From: Vicugna vicugna
Lineage: Eukaryota
Length of the DNA: 64,000 nt
Direction: 5' to 3'
NCBI GenBank assembly: GCA_013265495.1
Contig: MU063089.1
Span: 270,995-334,994, forward strand
Position 1 is the first letter of the stretch; each line of letters begins with the position of its first letter. Below the pieces are notes generated by a model. It had not been told where the DNA came from. It worked only from the letters and a program-made list of their open reading frames with translations, and made no database searches. Both the position numbers and the translations under genes were made by a program. Shown here piece by piece: positions 50,281 through 61,374 of this stretch.

Positions 50281-52664
50281 TGAACCATTCCTGGGCGCTG
50301 AGAGACCATGGGCCCCAGGTTTGTTTCAAATTAGATTTAACTTTCATTAAATGCTCTTCTTTCAAAAAAGCATGCTTTGGCTACACTGTTGGGTCCTGGG
50401 GCCAGTGGCTGTCACGGCTGCTTCTCCAGGGAGCGAGGCAAAACAGTGGGCCTGGGACTGCAGAGGCAGGGGGCGGCACCCACTCAGCACCCAGGAGGAG
50501 GGCCGGGGGGCGGCGGCCACGGCTGGAGGAGCCGCCAACGGTGTGAACGGAGGGCGCACAGCAGCCCTGCAGCCAAGGCCAGGCTGTGAGTACCGCTCAC
50601 GAAGACCCCGGCCAAAGGGGAGGGACAGGCGAGCAGGGGTGCCAGGCTCCCAGGACAGTCTCTGGACCCTGGCTGGCTACTTTCGACTCTGTCTGTCCCG
50701 TTTTTCTCTCTGGCTGGACCTTGTCCATCAGCATTCATTGTCACCACCTTCCTGGGCTGTTCTCAGTACAGACACCAGCAAAGATGGTTCTCAGTTCAGA
50801 AGGAACCTAACCTCTCCCTGTAACAATGTTTTTGTCCCACTGACTGCCACCAATGCCACCCAGGCATTAGCTAAATGTACACACACACACTCACATTCTT
50901 ATTCGTTACCAAAAAATTAACACTCGGATAGTTACCTTTTCCACCATTTCTTCCAAGAGTCTCTTTTTTAGCTTTCCTACTCTACAATGGATGCCACGGG
51001 CCGTGGTAATACAACGCTCCTTCTGAATCTCACAGCGTGAAACACAGAGCCCATTACTCAGCAGACGTCCAGGGATGGATGCTGCTCCATTACAGGAACA
51101 TCCAAAACAGAACGGCTTTCTCAAACACTGTAAACACACCAACGCCAAGCAGCACTGGGCCCAGGGCTGCCTGGGACCTTCCAGACTTGGGGATGCTTCT
51201 CGCACCTCCCACCAGACCCTCTCCCTATCGCGGCCCACAAAGGCAGAGCCAGCCAGTCTGAGGACCTGGGCATCTAATCAGACAACTGTTTTTTCCACCC
51301 TTCTCCTCGGCCAAAAAACAAAACAAAACAAAACAAAGCAGTCCTTGGATACCCCTAGAGTTTTTACAAATGGTCCCCAGTGGATGAAGAAGGGTTAAAA
51401 AAAAAGAGGCCTTTCCATTTAGTCTCTGCTTTCATTCCAAGTCTATTTAATAATGAAGGAAGGTTCTGTTTCACCTCAGTGAAAATTTCAAGCCTCAATT
51501 ATCTCAATTTCTTTGCAGAATCATGGTTTTTTCTTTCTCAGCTTCCAGACTTAATAAATCGGGGGGAACTCCTCTTCGGGGAGCCAGGCTGCTCTTTGGG
51601 GCCACTGTCCAGAGGAACGACCTGGCGGCTGAGGGAGACCTGCACTGCGCGGGCACCGGCGCCGTCTTCCCTCCAGCTCTGCACGGCCCCACGCGGCCAC
51701 TGAAACGGGAACTAAACAGAATTAAATAAAAGCCAAAGTGTAGCTAGTCGGGGCACTAGCCGCCCCTCAAGGGCTCAGCAGACGCACATGGCAAGCGTCC
51801 TCCTTCTGATAAACAGTGCAGAGAAGGGGGGGAGTTCTACAGGACGGCCAGCTGGCCAGTGGGCTCAGAGGACAGGGACCCGGGGTCACAGCCACGCCAG
51901 GACTTCAGAGAGCACCGTCTCCATTCACAGCCCTGGTGGTGGGTGCAGTGTGTACACCTGGGGCGGAGCGGGGGAGACAAGGCAGGTGACCTTTAACTTT
52001 CTTCTACGGACCTTTCCCCTCCCAAATACCTCCCGCTCTCCACTCCTCAGCAAGCCGCAGCGTTCACTGCAGCACAGAGCCCCACTGCTGGTTCCTATTT
52101 TTCCCCTTAACTTTAAATGAAGTCAGTTCAATGGTAGCCTGATGTCTCTCTGCGACACTTTTCATTCCCCCTCATTATTATTCAGGCTCTCATGAAGAGA
52201 TGGGCGTGGTTTGGGGGGCCCCTCCAGGGCTGGACAGTTGATTACTCCCATGGGTTTTGGAAGACAGAGAAAAGTCATTAGGGATGGGTGGGGAGGCAGG
52301 AAGCGAAGAGAGGCTGCAACCCACAATCACACTCAAAAACCCATTAAAATGAAGAACTACAGGAAAAGGAAAACCTCCAGGGGTCTCCTTTCGGTATGAA
52401 AGTAATTCAGGTTGGAGATAATTATCACCTTAAACGTATGCCATGAGCTTGCGGTATGTAAATTTGCTCTTAAAATAGTCCCAGTAACTTCCACTTCCAG
52501 AAGGCTGGGATAACTTAGGGACAGTAGATGAAGATGGACTCACAGGAGGCGTGACTGTTCACGAGGGGCCGTGATGCCTGCTTTGCCTTTGAAGAAGTTA
52601 AGCTTCCGCACTGAAAATCAGGACCCTTGGCAGTGGAAGGGGGAAACAGGACACCCCCACCCGA

Positions 52665-52674
52665 CACGTACACA

Positions 52675-52712
<38 letters not shown>
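52665..52712. repeat. (CA)n microsatellite
   Basis: Long pure CA run preceded by interrupted units. Confidence 0.95.
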
Positions 52713-52715
<3 letters not shown>

Positions 52716-53212
52716 ACCTTGCCAACTTGCAGTTTGAAAAAGTAAGAACAGATCACGGTGTGAGTTAGTCAGGAGGGTTGGACAGGTAGAAGGAGATGGA
52801 TTTCCTGTTCAAAGGAAGCCCCTGCCAAACCTGGAAGGGGTGAGCAGAGAGAGAATTATTTTTAAGACTTGTAAAGTTTGAATGGGCTTAAATACACTCC
52901 TCGCCTGGAGGCAGGGAGCAAAAGCAGATAATAAATAATACCTGGACCCACAGGGAAAGTCAGAAGGAAAGAAAAAAAAAAGATCTGATTTTCATCTTCA
53001 CGGGTGGGTCCTGAGCCACAGCACAGGCAGCCTTTGCCGCGGGCTGGGCCCACTGCGGGGCCTTGAGGAGGGGCTGGGGTCAGCGCCAGAGCTACCCACC
53101 ACACACCAGGCTTTCCAAGACCAGCATTTGAATGAACCATGGCCGTCTTCTCACTCTTATGTCAGGTGTGAACAAAGCGTCACTAGAGAGGCATTACTGC
53201 TCAAACTGGGGA

Positions 53213-54170
53213 TTTCTCTGGATGTGTGCCCAGGCGTGGGACTGCGGGATCACATGGTAGGTCTATGTGTAGTTCTTTAAGGAATCTCCATACTGTCCTC
53301 TGCAGTGGCTGCACCAAACTGCATCCCCACCAGCAGTGCAGGAGGGCTCCCTTTGCTCCACAGCCCCTCCAGCATTCATCGTTTGTGGACTTTTTAATGA
53401 TGGCATTCTGACTGCTGGGAGGTGGTGCCTCATTGTAGCTTTGATTTGCTTTTACTTGATGGTTAGCGACGTTGAGCATCTTTTCATGTGCCTGCTGGCC
53501 GTCTGTACGTCTTCACTGGAGAAGTGTCTGTTTAGGTCTTCTGCCCATTTTTGATTGGGTTGTTCGTTTTTTTGTTATTGAGTTGTATGAGCTGTTTGTA
53601 TATTCTGGAAGTTACGCCAAAAAGATACATGCACCCTAATGCTCATAGCAGCACTATTTACAANNNNNNNNNNNNNNNNNNNNNNNNNNNNNNNNNNNNN
53701 NNNNNNNNNNNNNNNNNNNNNNNNNNNNNNNNNNNNNNNNNNNNNNNNNNNNNNNNNNNNNNNNNNNNNNNNNNNNNNNNNNNNNNNNNNNNNNNNNNNN
53801 NNNNNNNNNNNNNNCTCAGTGAAGTAAGTCAGACAGAGAAAGACAAGTATCATACGATATCACTTACATGTGGAATCTAAAAAAATGACACAAATGAACT
53901 TACTTATAAAACATAAAGAGACTCATAGACATAGAAAACAAACTTACGGTTACCGGGGGGAAAGAGAGGGGACGGATAAATTAGGAGTTTGGAATTAGCA
54001 GACACACACTACTGTATATAAAATAGATAAACAACAAGGACCTACTGTAGAGCACAGGGAACTATATTCAAAAGCTTATAATAACCTAAAATGAAAAAGA
54101 ACCTGAAAAAGATGCATACATGTATAACTGAATCACTATGTTGTACACCTGAAACCAGCACAACATTGTC
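53213..54170 (+). mobile_element. Camelid-type L1 with 5' inversion: inverted 53213-53618, sense 53619-54170 (N gap 53664-53814); terminal polyA missing
   Basis: Minus [37 protein letters not shown]; junction ctggaagttacgcc|aaaaagatacatgc; sense part ends aacattgtc without a tail. Confidence 0.9.
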
Positions 54171-54741
54171 AGTAAGAAGCAGTCTTAGGCTTTTCTGTGT
54201 ATCACCTCAAAAGAAATCCCCCAGTGCCCCGTTCCTGACAGATCCTGCCCCAAATACAGTGCCATTTGCAGCAACATGGATGGACCCAGAGATCATCATA
54301 CTCAGTGAAGTAAGTCAGACAGAGAAAGACAAGTATCATACGATATCACTTACATGTGGAATCTAAAAACATGACACAAATGAACTTACTTATAAAACAT
54401 AAAGAGACTCATAGACATAGAAAACAAACTTACGGTTACCGGGGGGAAAGAGAGGGGACAGATAAATTAGGAGTTTGGAATTAGCAGACACACACTACTG
54501 TATATAAAATAGATAAACAACAAGGACCTACTGTAGAGCACAGGGAACTATAGTCAAAAGCTTATAATAACCTAAAATGAAAAAGAACCTGAAAAAGATG
54601 CATACATGTATAACTGAATCACTATGTTGTACACCTGAAACCAGCACAACATTGTCAGTAAGAAGCAGTCTTAGGCTTTTCTGTGTATCACCTCAAAAGA
54701 AATCCCCCAGTGCCCCGTTCCTGACAGATCCTGCCCCAAAT
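53770..54741. repeat. 486-bp tandem duplication (L1 3' UTR plus about 85 bp of unique flank)
   Basis: ctcagtgaag at 53815 and 54301; both copies end gatcctgccccaaat (54255 and 54741); 3 substitutions seen in 441 comparable bases. Confidence 0.92.
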
Positions 54742-57244
54742 CTTCCTAAAGGCCCTCCCATGTAGAAGCCCCACCAGAGCCCACGGACAGAACCTGGAAT
54801 GTGAAAGGGACTTAAAAATGCCCGCAGTGGAATCGCACTTCCTACAGGAGCCGTCCTGTTCCCTCCCCATCTGTGGGGCCTGAACCAGGCCTGCGATCAG
54901 GCTTACCTGGGGAGCCTGGGGAGACTCAGATTCCTGGGCCCACGCCCAGCGCTCCTGACTCAGTCCCTCTGTGGTGGGGCCAGAGGACACGCATCTCTCC
55001 CTCCCTCCCAGGGGGAACGGAGGCTCCGGGTCCTGGAACTGCTCTTTGAGAAAGACCACTGCTGGAATGATTCCCGTGGTCCCCACACGAGTCAAGCCGA
55101 AGGGGGGGGGCACAGCCTTGCCCTCGTTTGCTGAGGGTGCCCAGTGTGAGGCCCCCCGGGGGAGAGCTTGTGTCTGCACCAGCACAGCCGCATGCCGGGT
55201 GGGGGTGTCATTCTCAGGAGGCCATGAACACAAGCCCCTGTGTGGTCCACAGGGAGGCTGCCCGATACAGCGCTGGGCAGACAGCAAGCTGGGCTTCTGG
55301 AACGTTCTTCCTCCACTGCTCCCACTGCTCCTCCCACCCGCTCCCCGGTAGACCTGGACTTGGCAGGTTCTCATCCCTGCAGACGATAGCACCGCCCAGA
55401 GTAAACCCGGGGTCTGGGTCTGGGAGGGGGGCGTTGCTAAGGCAACGTGTGCTTTAAAAGCTGCTCCAGAGATGCGGACACCAGGCCAGGCTGCTGTGCG
55501 CGGCACCCCCTGCCCAGTCCTGTTCCCCAGTGGGGCTTGGACACCAGCTACTCTGCAGCCCATGTCCTTCCCGGCCAGGGGTGAGGTCATCGCTGCACCC
55601 GCAGCTCCCACTGAAGACCTGCTGGGCCCGCACTAAGGACAGGGCGCCTTCCACTGCCGGCCCCTCCGCCTGCTCGCATCTGGTCCTCCCTGGACACTCA
55701 CCGCTCAGGAGAAAACCGTCCCGCCGCCCGGCCCGGCGGCCCCTCTCAAGCTGCAAACTGACCCCCGAAGATGTTTTCATTCTCCAGGAGCTGTTTTTCC
55801 TGGCATACGTGTAACACACAAAGGAAAAAAGCCTTTGCTTTTTTTTTTTTTAAAAAAAAATCCAATACAAAATAAGCCATTGTTAAGGCTCCAAACAGTC
55901 TGTTGTAACTCCCTAGTATGCTCTGAAAACAATAAAGCCCTCGAGGGCGTGTGTTCTTTGGCCATCGCTTCCCTCCCGGGCTTGGTCTGACTGTACTGCG
56001 TTCCCGCCACGGTCTCTGCGATGCCCCAGAGCGCCCCGCACGGGCGTCCCCACCAGACACGCAGGCACGCCCGCCGGGCACCGGGGCCCTCCTGTCAGCA
56101 CTGGTAGACACTCAGTCAGCTGAAACTGTTCTCCAGGGGACACTTTTTTCTTCCCTTATGCTGCAAATAAAGCTGGTAGCCAATTCTGGATGACGAATTT
56201 AAGAAGAAGGACAACCCTCCATGAAAACTGAGACATCTGGCGGAAGACTGTCCAAGACAACTGGGTCTGAGGCAGAGCCAGCGTCCCGGGGGAATGGGCT
56301 GGCAAGCAGAGTAGCCGTCCTTCAACTGCTGCGTGTGGAAACTCCACAGCCTTGGCCAAAGGAAGGGAAGAAAGGAAGAGGGCGTCTGAGAAGAACCTGG
56401 GGCCCTCTGGGAGGCCATTTCTGTGCTACTGACCCGCTGTCACCGGCTGAAGTAGGAACAGCGGTGGGCTCAGAGATGAGCATTTGAGCCCCCATGGAAC
56501 ACCCGTGTGGCTGGAGTCTGCAGGTATCTGAACATCTGCAAACAACAGTGCTCCCAACCGTGCCCCCAGCTTCCTCACCATTGCTTGGCCCCAGGTGGGA
56601 AGCGCAGGGGGTCAGGGGACAGAGTTAAGGTCACAGTGAGGATGGAGTGAAGAGGTCCTCACACCTCGGACACTCAAGGGGTGCGAAGACCTCGGCTAGT
56701 GCCAACCGTGTGACTTTGAATTATTGGTAGTTGGAGTCTCAGATCAAGCTACCTGGATCACATGTGTGAGGCACAAATGTTTAAAGATTTTGTTTTAAAG
56801 GTCACCGCAAGTCTGCTGAGTCATTTCTGCCTGCCTTTCCACCATTCCACTGGGGATGTTAATAACTTTCAACAGAATTCTTTCCGACAGTCAACAGTAT
56901 GAGGCAACACCATTCACTGTTCGTCCTGAGACCAAAGAGAATTCCAGTTCAGTTCGTCTTCACACCTTCCGTTTTCCTGATCATCCCACCGGATTTGGGG
57001 CAAGACTGGCTGAGGTAGGAACAGCAGGGGACTAAGCGATGTTGGTTCAAGTCCTCCATCCCCTCTGGGGTCCCCTGGCGGTTGAGGGTCTGCAGGTAAC
57101 TGGGCGTCTCCAAACACTAGTCGTCTTCTCTGGGAAATGCACAAGACGGTGCTGACTCTGCTTCGTGGAAATGTCACAGGGACTTCGTGAAAGGGACCGA
57201 GGCTGACAACTCTGCCCGACCAAGAGCCTATGATGTGTCAGGCT

Positions 57245-57400
57245 CTTTAACGTGCTCTGCCTGCATCATTTGATTTCTTACAAGAAACCTGTATCTTCGG
57301 TGTCATCATTCGCACCTGCCACATAAAAGCATTAATCCCCAGGGTCACACAGCCAGCAAGCGGACAATCTAGAGAGAATTCAGACTCAGGTGACTCGATC
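57245..57400 (-). mobile_element. MIR fragment
   Basis: catcatttgatttcttacaagaaacctg...cccagggtcacacagccagcaag. Confidence 0.6.
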
Positions 57401-57799
57401 CCTCCTCTAAAAAGCTCAAACAATACATGTCAAAATGCCCTGAAAATGCTGAAGCCAAGTCCAAGGGTATGATGCAACTGTCCACTAACCAGAAATGCTA
57501 CTTACAGTGGCATCGCATGGGTCCCGTGCTGTTGGGGAACGAGCGGTTTCACCTAAGTGGGGTATTCCAGGTACCTAATAGCTACCCCTAATTAAGAATC
57601 GAACTTGCAGAGACTTTTAATGGAAAATTTCCAAAAGTAATTACATTTTTTTCAGTCTTAAACACACATGGATCTGAATTTAAAGATTTCTAAAAATAAT
57701 CCAGGACATTAATGAGTATGAGGCATGAAAATGAGATACAATTGGGCAATGTTCTCAAAGTCTGTCATGTGTGTAAAGCAGCCCCAAATGGCTGGACGT

Positions 57800-58330
57800 G
57801 TTAGTTTTCCAAGTCTACTTTTTCTCAGAAGATTTCATTATGAAAATCTTCAAATATGCCAAAAAGTTTAAAAAATGTTACCCACCACCTAGATTGCAAT
57901 ATAACACCGGAAGATGCTTGTTTTACCTTCCAGGTGCCCATCTATTCACTCCTCCAACATCTATCCATCTGTCTTTTTAAAAATGCATTTAAAATTACAT
58001 TGCAGATATCAGCACGCTTCTCCCTGAGTACTTCAGCATCCATATCAAATCAATATTTGTTTGTGGTGCTTTTCTATTGAGATACACTTCACCTACAATG
58101 AAACGCACAAGCTTATGTGAACATTCACGGAGTTTTGACAAATGAACACATCTTTGTAGCCCAAAGCTCCATCCAGATGCCGAGCATTACGACTGCCCCA
58201 GAAGGTTCCCTGGCACCCCACCCTAGTCAATTCCACCCTCACTCCCGAGGGAGTCTACTTTCCACAGGTCTTCCTGTTTCTCCCCCTGAGGACAGCTGTC
58301 ACTTCACAAGTGCCAGAGGTTCTGTTTCTG
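57800..58330 (-). mobile_element. Old L1 3' fragments (L1MC5/ME-like and L1MB-like)
   Basis: tttcattatgaaaatcttcaaatat; attgagatacacttcacctacaatgaaacgcacaag...gagttttgacaaatg...ccccagaaggttccc. Confidence 0.7.
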
Positions 58331-58689
58331 ATCTGTGACCTCATTTTATCTGCAGTTATCTGGGTGGGATTGTGACAGCAATTCACAGCCACTTTCAAGG
58401 AAAGGCATGAGCCCTGGGGTTGTCTTTTCCATGAGGCTGAGAGGCACTTCCCCCAGTAAGGATTTGGGAGGAACGGATATTGCCAGCAGCCTGGTCTCCA
58501 TAGAAATGAAGAGCTACTGGACTGTTACAAAGTCTGACCAAATAGCTTTCCACCTGTAAGATCCAGTGCTGATTTGTATAAGAACAGAATTTCCACCAGG
58601 GTTAAAATTTCTGCATGCTAGTATTTCACTAGACTTCTGAGGGACTGGGCTTGGAAGGAAAATAATGGCTCACTCAACTTTTTCAAGCC

Positions 58690-59035
58690 ATGGTGTTGTG
58701 ACATTCATGTGTTGTTATGTTGACAACCATACACTGAGACATCAAGACATTTGCACATTGAGATGTTAAGACATGGCACGTTCAGACTGCTGAAACGTGC
58801 ACAGGTTGACATCCACATGCTGAGATGTTGAGACATTCACACGTTGAAATGTTGAGACATTCGCACGTTGAGGTGTGAGGATATTCCACATTGAGACATT
58901 CACAGGTTGACATGTTGAAACATCTTCAGATCCAGGTGTTGAGATTTTTCATATGTTGTTGTGTAGAGATGTCCACGGAACCCAGAAAGACATTCACACG
59001 TTGAGATGTTGAAACATCCACAGATTGAGACGTAA
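58690..59035. repeat. Degenerate minisatellite-like array, 24-bp unit built from 8-bp subunits
   Basis: GACATTCACACGTTGAAATGTTGA at 58832 followed by GACATTCGCACGTTGAGG at 58856; similar unit at ~58989; subunits gttgagac/attcacac/gttgaaat. Confidence 0.75.
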
Positions 59036-59139
59036 AGATCTTATTCATTGGTCTGACTTCAAACATCAGGTAACTTAAGCCAGGCTCAGGATACACACCC
59101 TGACTCCTTCTCAGCAAAGTCTGCTAAACTCTGCTTCCA

Positions 59140-59945
59140 CATCCCTTCTCTGTAGCAGTGCTGGCCCCACCCTGGAGAGCTCCATGGACAGTTTGCATCC
59201 ATGCCTGTGGTTTCCTCTGACTCCCTAACTGAGGGTGTCACCTGACCCCAGGGGGATGCTTGACCTCTACAGAGGCAGGCAAGAAATGCTGGGGTTCAGC
59301 CCAGGAGTGACCCTCAACCTATGTGGGATGATAGCTGGGGGATAAACACCCCAGTTTCCTCACCTGTCAGTGGCTCTGCACTGTCTCACAGAGGGTCCTC
59401 CCTGGAACTGAGCCCTTGCCGTCCTCAATGGTAACATCCCCTACTGGTGTTTCTTTTTTGGGGGTTCAGGGCTTGATTCATGGTTTAGGAAGTGTTCCTT
59501 TTTAAAAAAATTTTTATTGACATATAGTCAGTTAACAATGTGTCAATTTCTGGTATACAGCATCATGTCCCAGTCATGCATGTATATACATACAATCGTT
59601 TTCATATTCTTTTTCATTAAAGGCTATTACAAGATATTGAATATATAGTTCCCTGTGCTATACAGAAGAAATCTGGTTTTTTATCTATTTTTATACATAG
59701 TGGTTAACCTTTGCAAATCTCAAACTCCCAAATTCAACCCTTCCCAACCCTTTCCTCCGGGTAACCATAAGATTGTTTACTATGTCTGCGAGTCTGTTTC
59801 TGTTTTGTACATGAGTTCATTAGCGTCCTCTTTCTTCTTCTTCTTCTCCTTCTCCTTCTTTTTTTTTTTTTTTGAGATCGCCTCCCTAACAATCTATTTG
59901 TACTCAAATCCTTGTTTCTGATTTTGGTGGGAACCCAAACTAAGC
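59140..59945 (+). mobile_element. LTR16-like ERVL solo LTR split by an L1 insertion (parts 59140-59453 and 59877-59945)
   Basis: ggggataaacaccccagtttcctcacc; 3' end cctccctaacaatctatttgtactcaaatccttgtttctg...gggaacccaaactaagcca typical of LTR16. Confidence 0.75.
59499..59880 (-). mobile_element. Camelid-type L1 3' UTR inserted in the LTR16-like element
   Basis: tttttattgacatatagtcag...aggctattacaagatattgaatatatagttccctgtgctatacag...ggtaaccataagattg. Confidence 0.92.
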
Positions 59946-60483
59946 CATCTCTGAAGCACCAGCCCTGTCTCCAAGCACAGCTGGAAAGCGGAGTCAGGAC
60001 ATCCACCCTTGATAGCAGGGACACTTCCTCTTCCACTGGCTACCAGGTTACCATCTACTCACCACACACCTGCAGAAGCAGGTGGGGGTAGGACCTGCGC
60101 CTTGGAGAGTAAGGGGCCCTGATGGCAGAAATCCATGGAGGTGCCTCATCTCCATATCCCTCCGGGGCTGCGGCCAGGCTCGCCTCCCCCCACGTCACAG
60201 GGAGGGCCCAGTTCTCTCCCTCCACCCCCAGATGCTCCTGTGAATCAGTGGTAACAGCAGTTGACAGTTCTCTTTGCAGGGGGTGGGGGGCTTCCCCCCC
60301 CCACATGGGGAGCAGGTGCTGGAGCTCTACACAGATGGTTCCCAGCACGTGACTCCTGCAGTCTCTGGGCAAGCATAAATGAAGGATGCTCACAGAGACA
60401 GAGAGAGCGCTGAACATGGGCAGCCTGAATGAATAAGAATTTCTGTTTTAATTGGGGAAACGAAAGATCAAAAAAGATACACC

Positions 60484-61115
60484 TGGTGAAACTTCTGTAG
60501 AAAATAGTTTAGTAGTTTCCCAGTAAGTTGACTATAGGGATGTTCAAACAAAAACTTGTACATTAATTGTTCAGAGCAGCACTATTTACAGGAGGCAGAA
60601 GGTGGAAATACCCAAATGTCCAACAACAGGTGAGTAGATACACAAAGTGTGGTGTGGTCTCGCAACAGAACGTCACTCAGCGGCCATAAAAAGGAATGAA
60701 GTATTGATACTTAATAATACATATGCACACATGCATATGTTGACATGTGATAATATATATCAATATATGATTGTATATATATGTATACACATTATACCTC
60801 ATAAATATTATGCTAAGTGAAATAAGACAGATACTGACGTCCACATGTTGCATGATTCCATTTATAAAAAATATGCAGAATAGACAAATCCATAGAAATG
60901 GATCAGTGTTTTCCAGAGACTAGGGCCAGAGAGGAGTAGGGAGTGACTGCCCATGGCTAAGGGAGTCCTTTAGTTGATGGAAATGCTTCAGAACTAGAAA
61001 GAAGTGACAGTTGCTTAACACTGCAAATGAAATAAATGCCACCAAATTGTACACTTTAAAATGGTTGAAATGGTAAATTTTATATTATGTATATTTTACC
61101 ACCATTTTTTTTAAA
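60484..61115 (+). mobile_element. L1MB-like 3' end
   Basis: caaacaaaaacttgtaca; cccaaatgtccaacaacaggtgag; gacaaatccatagaaa; ttgtacactttaaaatggttgaaatggtaaattttat. Confidence 0.88.
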
Positions 61116-61374
61116 GTAAGGTAGAAATCTGCGAAAGTGGACACCTCTGGATTTCTCAAGTGTCATCGGACACTTTTACGAGCTGAGCGGCATCAGAGAT
61201 AAGCTCGTCTCTAAACCCATTTTGAAGCTCAAGATGCAGAGCGGTTAACGACTCGGTTGAGGCTACCAAGGGAATCAGGAGCAGTCATCCGCTTGCTAGA
61301 GGTTCTCTTTTTTTACCAAAATGAGACCACAGTTTACGTGGCGGCCACCTGTAACAGGCCACCAAGCACCGAGC

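Noticed and set aside
54795-54820. TGGAATGTGAAAG resembling a miR-1/206 seed region
   Set aside because: Only the first 8 nt match and I see no precursor hairpin
54688-55611. Longest ORF (307 aa, minus)
   Set aside because: Low-information A/G/P/R/S-rich translation expected from GC-rich non-coding DNA; runs into the duplicated flank; no domain recognised
58690-59035. CRISPR-like array
   Set aside because: Degenerate contiguous units without unique spacers; mammalian context; no cas genes
60715-60800. AT-rich palindromic patch (acatatgca-caca-tgcatatgt)
   Set aside because: Simple AT/CA microsatellite-like expansion inside an L1MB; palindromy is expected from the composition
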